Part shown: positions 46,487 through 58,889 of the stretch, one piece after another | How the letters are laid out: each line of letters begins with the position of its first letter | Position numbering within the stretch: position 1 is the stretch's first letter | Origin: the human T2T-CHM13v2.0 reference genome, Homo sapiens | DNA: 64,000 nt | Assembly (NCBI RefSeq): GCF_009914755.1 | Contig: NC_060940.1 | Direction: 5' to 3' (one strand) | Notes under the pieces: generated by a model | The model's input: only the letters and a program-made list of their open reading frames with translations | Told to the model about the DNA's origin: nothing | Database searches by the model: none | Made by a program: the position numbers and the translations under genes

Positions 46487-47210
46487 TAAAACCACCTTTG
46501 CAAATGTTATGACAGTGAGAGAAAGTTAACATGGCTGACTCTGTCTCACTTCTAGCCTCAGGCTGGCTATCTTCACTCATTCCTGGGTTTGGGCCAAGCT
46601 AACAATGGGAGGAACTTACTTTATAGTTTAACTTTAAAGCAAAGTTATAGTAACCCTTCTCAAAACTAAACTACATTTGTAAAGCAAATGAAAGGCTACA
46701 AGGTAGAATTATAAGAAGGGCCTGAATTCTGCTAAGATACATGCTTAAATGATAGCCAGTCATTCTTCTGAAGGTCACAAGATTTGCAACTTCCCCAACT
46801 AATCCTGGAGATAACACCACTATTGTAGAAACTAAGATTGGCCTTTTGAGACGACTTTTAGACTTTCACATTTCTGGTCACTGACTGACTCTACCCAAAA
46901 CCACCACCCATGACCCAACTGGTCCTAGGGCCCCCACCCAGAGGCTGACTCAGCGCATGAGGACTATTCTCCATACCTCTGTGATCTCATTTCCAACCAA
47001 TCAACATTCCCCACTAATTTCCTAGTCACCTGCCCACCAAATTCTTCTTGAACAACCCTCCAAACCTTTGGCGAGATTGATTTGAGCAATATTATGCTAT
47101 CTTTCACATAACTACCCTAGTGTCAATTACATTTTTTAATGCAATACCAGAGTCCTGGTAATTTGGTTTTGTCTGTGCAGTGGACAGTGAGAAATCTTTT
47201 GGAGACTATT
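46487..47210 (+). mobile_element. 5' LTR (LTR8A/B-like)
   Basis: 'accacctttgcaaatgttatgacagtgagagaaa...catggctgactc'. Confidence 0.85.
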
Positions 47211-48001
47211 AACCTGAGGACTCATCTGGAGTCACCCCTTGCGGGTGCCTGCCAACACTTTGTCAGCCACCACAGAATAACAGACCTGGAGGTGAACTCT
47301 GGCAGTTGCTTATTTTTAACGAGCTGATGGGCCATCTCTGGCTCTGTCCATACCGGCACTGTCAACCCATGGTTCCTGGGCCTAATTTCAGTGGAAAGAA
47401 AGTTCCTGGAAAATGTCTTTAAACCAGTCTAGTGAATATTCTAGGCACAGTCAATACCCCCTTCCTTCTTCTGATCTGTTGGCTTTTCTGGAGTACTGTA
47501 GACTCATCCCGGGACTGTTCACCTCTCCCTGGATTTCAGCAAGAATCTAAGGCTAGGGAGATTTCTCCCCACTTAGAGCAGAAAAAGGGGGCCTGTTTGG
47601 AAGAATACTCTTCTGGATTGGAATCTGGTCTGGGATCTTGGTTTGGAATGCCTTTTGCGTGTTTTCACTTTGTTGTGTGAGCTTATATGTATAAAGGAGA
47701 TCTCTGAAGAAATTGCTGATGGACATCCAGCAGACTCTCCTACTTGTCTGATCAGTCACATTTGGTGAGCCCTGAAGGAAGTGTTAGCAGAAGCTAGCTC
47801 AGGGTGACCTTCAGCTTTTCCATTTTGCCCACAGACCACCCATTTAAACTCCCGGTTGGAGGTCATCCCTCCAAACCTTGAATAGATCAAAGATGCCAAG
47901 GACCAACAAGGACAAGTTTGAGCCTTGCTACATTGATACCTGGGCACCGAGCAGGGTGATTAGTGTCTGTGTTTTGTCATGTGTATATCACTCTGGCAGG
48001 A

Positions 48002-48123
48002 ATGGGGAATGATAACTCAGTTCCCTCAGGCAGACTGTTGGGCTGCAACTTGCAAAACTGGAATGTTTTTGCCTATGGTTCCATAAAAAAGAAAAAGAAC
48101 CATTTTTTTGTAATGTGGCTTGG
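48002..48123 (+). pseudogene. Gammaretroviral gag matrix N-terminal remnant
   Basis: MGNDNS...LGCNLQNW...KKKK...FF, then frameshifted CNVAW; ERV1 MA-type motif. Confidence 0.7.
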
Positions 48124-48700
48124 ATCCCACAGCTATGGTGCAGCGCACAGAGTTATCAAAAGCAGATTTGCTCTTCTGGAAGCTGCAGAGAAAGGGAACC
48201 CAGAAACCTGGCAAGCTAGCAAAAGGATAATATTTCTTACCAGCAGGGCTTTTGACCTCTCTCTCCCTCTCTCTCTCTCTGTGCAAGCCAGTTGAGTGAA
48301 TGGTAAAAATTACTGATTGTCTCCTATATAAGGTTATGACTAGTGGGAAGATGGATTTATGACACTAGTCTGAGGCTGTAGTGAATCTGGTGTACATTGT
48401 GTTATGAATTTGCCTTTCTGTGTTGTTTTGTCATAAAGAGAGTTACCATAAGATAAAATGTGGGCCTATGTTCTCCATGAGCCTACTGTTCAAGCCAGCC
48501 CTGCAGACTGCTCAGTTACAACTTTGCTGAAGGGTCCTGAACAAAAACTGAATGAGGTTTCCCTCTCATCTTGCTTTATGTCCTTGGGAGCTTGATTGGT
48601 GACCATGTGGAGGTCCTCTTTCTCAGACTCTGCCATTAGGAGGGCAAGAATTTTCAGGTTCCTATCAGGTGGCCAGTCTGAAAGGACTGAGGTCTGAGGT

Positions 48701-48705
48701 CTTTC

Positions 48706-48738
<33 letters not shown>

Positions 48739-48782
48739 GCCTTTCTCCCTTCCTCTCTCTCTCTCTCTCTCTCTATCTCTCT
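48701..48782. repeat. (CT)n polypyrimidine microsatellite
   Basis: Directly visible. Confidence 0.9.
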
Positions 48783-49195
48783 GTCGCAGAGTCTCCCTCT
48801 GTTACCGAGAAAGCTCACTCTTTTACCCAAACGTGTCAAGCCTTTGAATGCATTTTGTCTTACAATTTCTGACGGAATTCTTGGGGATCATGGGGACACC
48901 TCTTCTACTCCCTCTTTAGAAGTATCTCTTCCTTATGCGGTAAAAACCTGGAAAAGTACCATTTGGTCTTTAAAAAGGCTTTTAGATTGAGTCACTATTG
49001 GAAGTATACTATTGAAATAAAAAGGATTTTAGAGATCTTATTTTCCACAATTGAAATAAAAGGTTTGAATTAATAGGAAGATGCCTAATAATGTCATAGC
49101 TAGCCTTAGAAAGTTCTCTTGAGCAGTCAAAATCCTTTTGCAAGCTCGAAAACGGCTACCCTAGACTCCTTCTGGCAAGGTCAATGGCACCTGCC

Positions 49196-49268
49196 CATGC
49201 TATAGCACAGCAGCTAAGGCTTTGCCCTTTCATCATGCTGACCAGGGTTCAATTCCTGGTTTAAGGAA
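49196..49268 (+). pseudogene. Degenerate tRNA-Glu(TTC)-like sequence inside the ERV
   Basis: A-box-like TAGCACAGCAG, anticodon-loop CTTTCAT, B box GGTTCAATTCC (49246-49256), ends GGAA. Confidence 0.6.
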
Positions 49269-50398
49269 TGAGTTCCTTCTGGTTTGATAGTTGTGAGACT
49301 TTTGTCATTTATTATTTTTCCCTCCATGGATAGCTTCTAATTTCCTCTCTTGAATTTCTTTCTCTGAGCTACCTTTTGGGTGATTCTAGATCCTGTAAAA
49401 ACCTCTTTCCATCTCTGCCCACACCTTCTGCATCTGTAGTTAAGTCATAACTTAAGACTTATTGATTTCACTTGGGAAAATATGTTTGAGGAAAAGAAAA
49501 GGTGTAAAAGTCAGAGGTGTTGGCTGTTTGTCCCCACTAGTGTCTATTAATAACAGATTTGGAAGGATTTTTTTAAAAAGAGCTCCATGGTTTAAAAACA
49601 AGCTTAATTAAAAGCTGATATCCAAGTCATATAGATGTATAAGCTTTTTGATTAACTATAAATAAATAAATATTTTAAAATATATAAGCAGATATATATT
49701 TTAAATATATATACATACATCAATATTTAAGTATTTAAAAAGCTTTTATGATTTTTCTCTAATTTTTTTTTGAAAAAAAAATTTCTTTTTCCTTCCCAAT
49801 TCACTGAATTCTGTTTCTCTATTTACTTCTGTTTATCTTCTTGCCACCATCAATACCCATATGAGAGAACCCAAGGGAATTTCTGATAGCCTGGGACACC
49901 TTGGGAAAAAAAAGAGAGGTACCACAGACTCCAGTTTTAGAGTAACCTCTGTTTTCCTTATGGAACCCCAAGAGTTGTAAGTGGAGAGATGCCTCTCAAA
50001 ATCTAAGGCTCTGCTTTCTTTGCATTGCCTTGCCTGATCTTTTTGAATTTTGGGTACAACAGAAGCTACTTTGCATTAGAAGAGAACTTTTAGCCTTGGT
50101 ATATAAAGGCTACATGAGAGATACACTTTTAGGGATGGTTAATGGCAGTGATAAGGGGGATACTCAGTTCTTTTTGTGTTTGGATAAACACAGCACACTC
50201 TTAGGCACCTAGAGGGTATGGGATGGGGAATGGACTGACTGATTCAAGAGTGGTCTGATAGGTGCTGGGTTGCCCGGCAGCCTCAAGGAAGTGGTCTTAC
50301 AACGAACTATACTGTAGTCTCTCATCCCCTAGCATTACTTTCTCTTTGGGGACCCAGGATTTAGTATAAAAATGGGACCCTTGATTTGGGGGCATGTG

Positions 50399-50494
50399 TT
50401 CTGCCTTCCAGCTACCCCTGCCTATTAAGACCTAGAAACTGAATGCTTCTGCCTTCCAGCTACCCCTGCCTGTTAGGACCTAGAAACTGAATGC
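50399..50494. repeat. 48-bp tandem duplication
   Basis: 50399-50446 vs 50447-50494, 2 mismatches. Confidence 0.92.
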
Positions 50495-51923
50495 TTTCTT
50501 GGCCCTGTTACTTAAAAGACTCCACCCTATATCCAGTAATTCAATTAAGAAAGTTACATCTGTAAGGAAATCTCCATGTGTAAGGGTGTCTGCTTTTCCT
50601 GGTCTTCTTAATTGAACTTTTACTCGCACCATTTTTCCTTGGTTTGGGTAAAATATGAATTTTGTATCTTGTTTCACCTAAGAATTGTCTCTTTAGAAAT
50701 ACAAATTTAGAGTTGTCCAGCTGGGAATTGTTTAGGGCAGAGAACAGGTAATCAAGAAACTGATGGTCTAAATTAGGGAATAGAAACTTAAAAACTGGGC
50801 AAATGAGGAATCTTCCAACTTCCACCAGATCTGCTTCTGTCTGGGTATTTATATGTGTCATGTGTGTGCTGTTTCACTACCAAAATATATGAAAGAGATC
50901 TAATTAATTGGCTTAAAAGAAAAAGCAAGTGCTTAAATCACATATTTTCACACAAAAATATAAATTTTAATGCCTTTCAGTTCATGTGACTTTAGTAACA
51001 TTGGTGAAACAAAATAAAAATGTCTTCAGAATTTAGAAACTGAATTAGGCAGGGCAGATACTGTCTTTGCTAGATATTTTAAAGTTATAACTGTTTCTAT
51101 GACTTTTTTTGATAATTGTTTGACTTTTCTGTTTTACTGCCATTAAATTATAGGTAAAGTCAGGGGACATTTGTAGTTAGCCATGTCCCCTGGTTATGCT
51201 GAAAAGAACCAGAGACATTCTCTGAAGCTCTGTCCCTATCCTGTGCTCTGCATCTCATACACAGTGTTATTGTTTACTTACCAGGTTTTTCACTAAAAAT
51301 AAAAGTTGCTGGGAGTTTGCATTGTAACATATGTAGTGAGACTACTAGAGGAACAGTTCTACATGCAAAGTATATAAAGAAAAGAAAATGTGTTTTGAGA
51401 AAAGGTTACAAGAAGCCATGGAAATACGGCTTTTTTTTTTTTAAGGAAAAGGAATTTTATCTCGTTTAGAAGTTTTAAAGATTGCCTTAAATTAAAAAAT
51501 AATAAGACAAAACTGAAGGTTTAATCAAGTTATAGAAGATTTATGAAAGATCTTGTAAAAGAAGTTCTATCAGTGTGAGCAAGTTAGCCAAGGAGGTTAT
51601 TTAGTTTTTCTATAAATCAAATATTAAAATAAAAACTACACTGATGCAGGGCCAGAATCTGGGGTCATGTATCAAAATAACAGGTGTTTTTTTTTCTTTC
51701 TTTCTTTCTTTCTTTTTTTTTTTTTTTTTGCACTGATCTGCTCTGTAATAAAAAATTGTGGAGTTGTAAAAGGTTTATGGAAATCTTACCTTATGGTCAA
51801 ACTGATTAAGATCGGATAGATTATTTATAAGGTTTTATGAAAAATTGGGTTTAACATTATACTAATGCTAAGGAGAAATTTGGTTTTCCCATTTGAATAA
51901 GATTGTAACATGGAGAATATTGA

Positions 51924-52280
<357 letters not shown>

Positions 52281-54196
52281 TTTGTTTGCCTTTTAGGTAA
52301 ACTACAGAGAAAAGAAAAGAGGGAAGAGAGAAAAGAAAGATTCTATTGGCCTCATGCTATCTTTATTGGGTCTTCTTGTTTGAAACACTGAGACTTCTCT
52401 CTGTCAGAGCAAAGGTTTTTGTCTTTTTGACATTTTTTGAGATATTTCAGCTATATGAGTCACCTGTTCCTATATTGTAATATCAAGTATTTTAAAATTT
52501 GATATATGACAAACCTTCCAAAATCAAAATTTCAAGTTCCAAATTCAGTCCTTTTAACTTCATTTACCTTTTTTTTTAGCTATTAGGTCCCCTGAAGCCT
52601 AAAAGAGTTATGCTTGATTCATTTCATGTGTTAAATTCATACAGAGAGCAATGTCAAGTATAGGATGGTGTTTGACTTTTTTGGGGGATGTATTTGTATA
52701 AATGTGCTATTGATGTATGTTCCAGAATTGTGTGAGACTCCAATAATTTTATTTGACTTTGTATATATTATTAGGAATAACTATGATTATTAGGGTAAAT
52801 TGTTGTATGCCAGAAAAATAAGCAAATTTTTTTTTGTCAATTGTGTTATTAACCATAGGTGGCCTGAGACTGTTACCATCCACAATTGTTGTTTTACTTT
52901 GATCCTTTTCAAAAGATAGTTATATTGTCAGCTATAGAACTCTGACAGGTAGTCTTGAATGCAGGTGTCTGATAAGTTTGTAAAGATTATGCCATTGGAA
53001 TAGAGGGAAAAACTTCCAGGACTCTCATGGACAGCTAATGTGTTCATGAATACTGAGCAGAACAGGAGTTAACTGCATGGGCTGAACTAATAAAAGATTG
53101 AAATAATATTTTTACAATTCTTTGCCTGAAGTGTTGCTGATACTTTTTGTTTCATCTTTCAGAGTCAAGAAAACTTTTATTTTCAGCTATTTACAGCTTT
53201 TAACCATTGAGTAAAGTATACTTGTGGGCAAAATGTAAAACACATTTTTTTCTCTCTATTTGATTTCTCAAGAATTTGAAAATCATTTGTGAGTATTCTT
53301 ACTTTACAGCAATATAGTTATTTGTATAAGTTCAATAAGAATTTGTTTTCATTTCTAACAGGATACAATTGGAGACAAAGTTTATGTTAACCAAGGCTTT
53401 GACTGGAATTACAGGTTTCCCACTGCTTTGAGGAATTGATGTTGACTTAGAGAGATGATAACAGCCCCTTAGAGAAACTGGCCTTGTACCTTGTCCCATA
53501 CAGGTTTCCTGACCTGTGGTAAGTAAGAATTGTTACTTTCTGAGAGGCCTAGGAACCCCAAGTTGTTTTGGGACCTCAAGAAGAGAGAAATTCACCCAAT
53601 TCATGTAAGTATCTACAGACATAAATAAAGCTTCTTTTGGGCTCAAGAGGCTTTTAAAAGGTCTAATCTGAGATTTCATATGAAGAAAAATCCAGCACAG
53701 CCAATTTAGAACAAAAAAGCTAATATGGCAAGTAATTATTCTTGCTGAATTTTATGCAAATAATCAGGCCATATATAATAAGGCTGGAACTTATTTTGCA
53801 AATAAATGGGTTCTACTGCAATTTGTCTTTGGTAAAAATGAGGAGCTGGAGAGACAAAAATTATATTTCAGACAAAACGTATAGTACACTTGTTGTCCAT
53901 TGTTTATGCGTTTCAGCTGATGACACTGTATCTGATTGGTTCTCAAGGTCATTCACTTGAACCCCTCAAGGCTTCAGGTCAGTTCTACAGGGACTACTGA
54001 AACTAGGACATTTGCTATTCATAATAGTTCTCATTATTTGTCTTATAGTCTGCTGTTCACTTACGTGCTGTACTAAATCTGTGCTTAAAATACTAATGTT
54101 TTCGTTATGCAGACTTTGGGATCACAGCCAGGCACTCATGAATACATAAAGACAACTAAAAAACCAGTTTCACTCCTCTTATCCTGGGAGCATCCC

Positions 54197-54613
54197 TGAT
54201 TCGGTTTAGATCTGTGTCCCCATCCAAATTTTATGTCAAGTTGTAATCCTTAATGTTGGAAGTGGGGCCTGGTGGGAGGTGATTGGATCATGGGAGTGGG
54301 TCTTTCATGAATGGTTTAGCACCATCTCCTTGGTGCTATTCTCATGTTAGTGACTTCTCACAAAATTGGTTTGTTTAAACGTATGCGGCACCTCCCCCTT
54401 CTCTCTCCCTCCTGCTCTGGCCATGTAAGACTGGCCTGCTTCCCCTACACCTTCCACCATGATTGTAAGTTTCCTGAGGCTTCCCTAAAAGCTGAGTAGA
54501 TGCTGCCAAGCTTCCTGCACAGCCCGTGGAACCATGAGCCAATTAAACCTCTTTTCTTAATAAATTTCCCAGTCTCAGGTATTTCTTTTTGGCAATGAGA
54601 ATGGACTAATACA
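54197..54613 (+). mobile_element. MSTA-like MaLR solo LTR nested in the ERV
   Basis: 'ttgtaatccttaatgttggaagtggggcctggtgggaggtgattgg'...GGACTAATACA. Confidence 0.88.
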
Positions 54614-54732
54614 AAACCCTACCCCTATTATGCTATCTGTCAACAGGGAAAAAGTTAGAGTGATTGTTGGCCTTTTCCCACCTCCATAACTCACACCTCA
54701 GGATTAGAGTGTGCTGAAAATTAAGGGGAGAT

Positions 54733-55427
54733 TGAAATTGCCTTTGCAAAGATTATGACAGTGAGAGAAATCTACCATGGCTGACTCTATCTTGCTTCTA
54801 GCCTCACAGGCTGGCTGTCTTCACTAAGCTAACCACCAGAGGAACTTATTTTATAGTTTAACTATAAAGCAAGGATGATGATAGAAGCCCTTTCCCAAAC
54901 CAAAATGCCTTTGTAAAACTAACAAAAGGTCACCAGGTAGAATTATGAGAGGGGCCTGAACTCTGCTAAGTTACAGGCATAGTTAGCAGATAACCAACCA
55001 TTGTTGTGGAGGTCACAAGAATTGTAACTTCCCCCAGTTACTCCTGTAGATTGCATCACTATTGTAATATCTAAGATTGGCCTTTTGAGATATTTTTCAA
55101 ACTTTTGCATTTTTAGTGACTGGCTGACTCCACCCAGACCCACCATTCAAGACTCAGGTGGTCCTATGACCTTCACCCTGAGGCTGACTGAGTGCAAGAG
55201 GGCTGTTTTCAACACTTCCATTATTTTACCTCAACAAATCAATCCCCATTCCTAGCCAACTGCCCACCAAACTACTCTTGAAAAACTCTAACCTCCAAGC
55301 CTTCAGGGAGAATGACTTGAGTGATAACTCAATCTTTACATGGCTAGCATAGAGTTAATTAAACTCTTTACTGCAATAGTGAACTGGTTTTGTTGATGAA
55401 GTGGGCAGGAAGAACATGTTGATTACA
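54733..55427 (+). mobile_element. 3' LTR (LTR8A/B-like)
   Basis: TGAAATTGCCTTTGCAAAG...GATTACA; homologous to the 5' LTR. Confidence 0.88.
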
Positions 55428-55436
55428 AAAGAATGG

Positions 55437-55835
55437 TGATATCGTTTGGATGTCCTCTCTAAATCTCATATTGAGATGTAATCCCCAGTGCTGGAGGTGG
55501 GGACTGGTGGGAGGTGTTTGGATCATGAGGACAAATCTATCATGGCTTTTTGCTGTCCTCATAGTAGTATGTTCTCACAAGATCTGGTTGTTTAAAGTGT
55601 GTGGCAAATCCTTCACTCTCTCTCTCTCTTGCTCCTGCCCTAGTCATGTGACATTCCTGCTACTTCACCTTCTGCCATAAGTAAAAGCTCCCTGAGGCTT
55701 CCCCAGAAGCCAAGCAAATACTAGCACTTGCTTCCTATACAGCCTGCAGAACAGTGAGCCAATTAAATCTTTTTTCTTTATAAATTACCCCATATCAGAT
55801 ATTTCTTTACAGGAATGCAAGAATGGTGTAACATA
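55437..55835 (+). mobile_element. MSTB-like MaLR solo LTR
   Basis: TGATATCGTTTGGATG start; TSD AATGG/GATGG. Confidence 0.88.
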
Positions 55836-55954
55836 GATGGGTTTCCCAAGTGTTATTTGTATTTTTCTTTACTTCATCATTATTCAATTTTTTTTATCTT
55901 AGCCTCTTCCTGCAAATAACTTGGAAATAAAAAATGTAAGGGAAATAACATGAA

Positions 55955-56180
55955 ATCATTCAATCATTCATTTACCAAGAAACACTTGTTATGTCTGAGA
56001 TAGTTTAGTAAAGCACTATATCATTTAAAATTCAAAACTTTGCACAGTAATTTTTTTTTACCATTTTTTTCTTTTGAGGATGAAGAAATTAAAAGGTTAA
56101 CTCACTAGTTCAAGGTCACACTATTGTGTAGAGTAGCCAGAATTTAAACCAAGGTCTGTCAGCCTCTAACCTTTTACCAC
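55955..56180 (-). mobile_element. L2-tail and MIR fragments
   Basis: 'tcattcaatcattcattt' and 'gatgaagaaatt...caaggtcacac'. Confidence 0.5.
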
Positions 56181-56879
56181 AGCTGCTAATGAGTTTCTTT
56201 AAATCTCTCTTTGAAAAAAGAAAGGTGAAAACAAAAAAGAGGTCAGAGAGGAGAAAGAATATAAAAGCATATTACAACCTTGTGACCTTGTAGTTTATTT
56301 CTCATCCAGCACAGAATCCCTCAGTAATTCTAAAACAATTATTCTGTAGTTAACTGAAGCTAATGCCTAAGTTTAAAAGTACCTTACTGATAATTATGTT
56401 CTATTTTAGTCTCCTTGGTCCTTTCTTAAGCATAGCCGGGAAAACTTAAGCTGCTGTTGATGAAATAGCCCCATATAAAATTATCTTCTAGCCCTAGACT
56501 TTATCATGGTCATTTAAAAAGAGATGTATTTGAAGAAATAAATGAATATCTTTAATATTTTGTTTCCAGTTCTCATCTGATGTCTGGCCCCACTAGCTGG
56601 CCTACATCCTGAGGCATTGTTCTGCTTAAATACATTCTAAAGAAACTTTATAACTTTCTCTACTGCTTCACTTCACCATGCATTTGATGAAACATGGACT
56701 TATGACCATACCATTGCCTGGTATATTTTCCTATAGAAGATAATAATGACATGCCTTCCAGGTAAAACTCTGGAAGGGCTGTATATTATGAGTTTCCAAT
56801 CTTGAATATGATCACAATGTTGGAGGGTGAGAGCCATCTTCTTATTAGAGACATGTAGATGGATGTAGCCATTAACATT

Positions 56880-57220
56880 GGGAATCTTAGAACCCAGTCC
56901 TGCTGCTTTCTATTTGTGCAGTCTTGGACAAACTGTTTCATATGTTGAGGTATGTTTTTCCATCTATTAAATTAGGTTAACAACATGTATATATTACATT
57001 TTGTGAAGTTTAAAATGATGGTTTGTATGCAAAACAGTACAGTATGGTTCATAAAAGCTTACACTTTGGAAACTGAATCTCGAGTTTTGAATTCTGGCTT
57101 CTATTTGCTCGTTGCAGTTGGGCAAGTTATTTAACACTTCCATGCCTCAGCTCATTATATGTAAAATTAGAATAATATCACCTATTTCAAAGGGTAGGTG
57201 GACAATTGAATAATTCTTTA
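56880..57220 (+). mobile_element. Two adjacent MIR fragments
   Basis: 'tcttggacaaa...ttccatcta' and 'ttgggcaagttatttaac...catgcctcag'. Confidence 0.6.
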
Positions 57221-57569
57221 ACAGAAGCAAAAGATGGATAATACTACCTTTATGTTAGTGTTACAGAGTATTAAGTATGATTGCTATATTCAGGATAAAT
57301 GCAAGTCTGTGTGTGAATTCAGAGAAGCACTATTAAGAAGAGGACAGTTAAGATTTGAGTTCTGGTTGTCATTTAGAGTGGTTGTTTGGGGAATGATATA
57401 ATCTTTTTTTAATAATACAGGTAAAACATTGAAGTCTGGAAAGCAAAACTTCAAGTTGACATGGTGAATATCCTATTAGGAAGATGGGGGCAGTTTCTGT
57501 GCTATTTCATTTACGCATGGCCTTAAAAGATCTGTGCTATAACTTCTCTAATCCAAGGTATCTATATTG

Positions 57570-58115
57570 ATTGCATATTTCATAAACACCATACACCCAC
57601 TGCTTAGAAGTCTCTCAATAGCTTCTCATTTCTCTTAGGGTAAAGGTCAGAATACTCAGTGTTGCCTACACAAGTCTCAACACAATGGACGTGGCTCTAT
57701 AGCTCCACCTTTATAATGCTCTTTTGCTTTCTGTGCTTCAGCTGCTGTCCTTCTGAAAGTTCTCTAAGGACTCCATGTGACCTCTTCTACAGAGCCCTTG
57801 CTTGTGCTGTTCCCTTTTCTCTATTTTGCCTACTTATCTTTATTAACCATATTTCAGATCAAGTATTATTTCATGAGATAAGCTTTCCCGGATATTCAAG
57901 ATAAAGCTGAAGTCCTTTGTGTCCTTATTAAATGGTGTGCCTTTTCTTCTTAGCAATCACCATTGCTAGAAATGATCATTTTGGGTGATAGTTGGATTTA
58001 CATAAATTTCACCAGTTAGATTCTAAGTTATCTAAAGGCAGACACTCTTAAGTTTGTTTCCTCAACATTATCATTTCATTGTTTTCTTATAGTGGATATG
58101 TCAATGAATAAAGGA
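57570..58115 (+). mobile_element. L2 3' fragment
   Basis: 'cttctcatttctcttagggtaaag', 'cccttgcttgtgctgttcc', 'tgaataaaggaat'. Confidence 0.6.
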
Positions 58116-58281
58116 ATTAATATATAAATATATATAAACACATACACAAATGTACATGTTCACATGATACAGACATTTGTATGTATGTGTACATATATAC
58201 GCACATCAATCTTAAAGCATGTAGGATTCATTATTAGCAAATGTATTAATTCATTTCACGGGTGTTTGTGTATGTATTGAT

Positions 58282-58849
58282 TGCTCAACAGAGGCCCGAA
58301 ATTCCTCCACTTTTGAGGAATACAGTCATGAGCAAAAGGGAAAATCTCAGTGCTAGGCTTAGCACATGGGTGGTAGAAAGGGTAAGGGCTGATTTCCACC
58401 TTTGGGTGGTGCCAGTTCACACCTCAGTGGTCCTTGGACTGGTGGATGTGGCAGGCGAGGCAGATGGACAGTGTGCAAGAAAGACAGAAAGACACATGTT
58501 GGGGTGGGCTGGCAAGTGCCTAGTTCTAGTTGCCTGGTGATGCCTCACACTTGGATGTGCCCAGGCCATCACAGGCCATATGCACTGGTGTGCAGCAGAG
58601 TCAGCTGAGTCACTGGGCAGTGTATGGAGGGAAGAGGCAGAGGGAGTGTGGTTGACAGGTGGACAGGGTGCTTAGCTTGGCCCAATCGCAGGTGACCTGA
58701 GCACTTTATGAGCAGATGCGGGTTTGGGTAGAGGTAACAAGCCACATGCTGGGTGACAACTGACTTGCCGTGAGGAGATGGGGAGGCTCAGAGTGTATGG
58801 GCAGTCCCTGTGCCATTGAGTTCTCCTGCACTGATTCCTGGACACCTCA
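58282..58849 (-). other. GC-richer, CpG-depleted block, probably an old solo LTR (family not recognised)
   Basis: Composition shift; TG...CA termini on the minus strand; no TSD found. Confidence 0.35.
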
Positions 58850-58889
58850 AGGAAGGATACAAACTATTTCTTGGAAAAGATCTATTCTG

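Noticed and set aside
49196-49268. Functional tRNA gene
   Set aside because: Stems are disrupted by many substitutions; reported only as a relic.
58282-58849. rRNA or processed-pseudogene origin of the GC-richer block
   Set aside because: No collinear match to recalled 28S/18S sequence, no convincing ORF, and no poly(A) or TSD.
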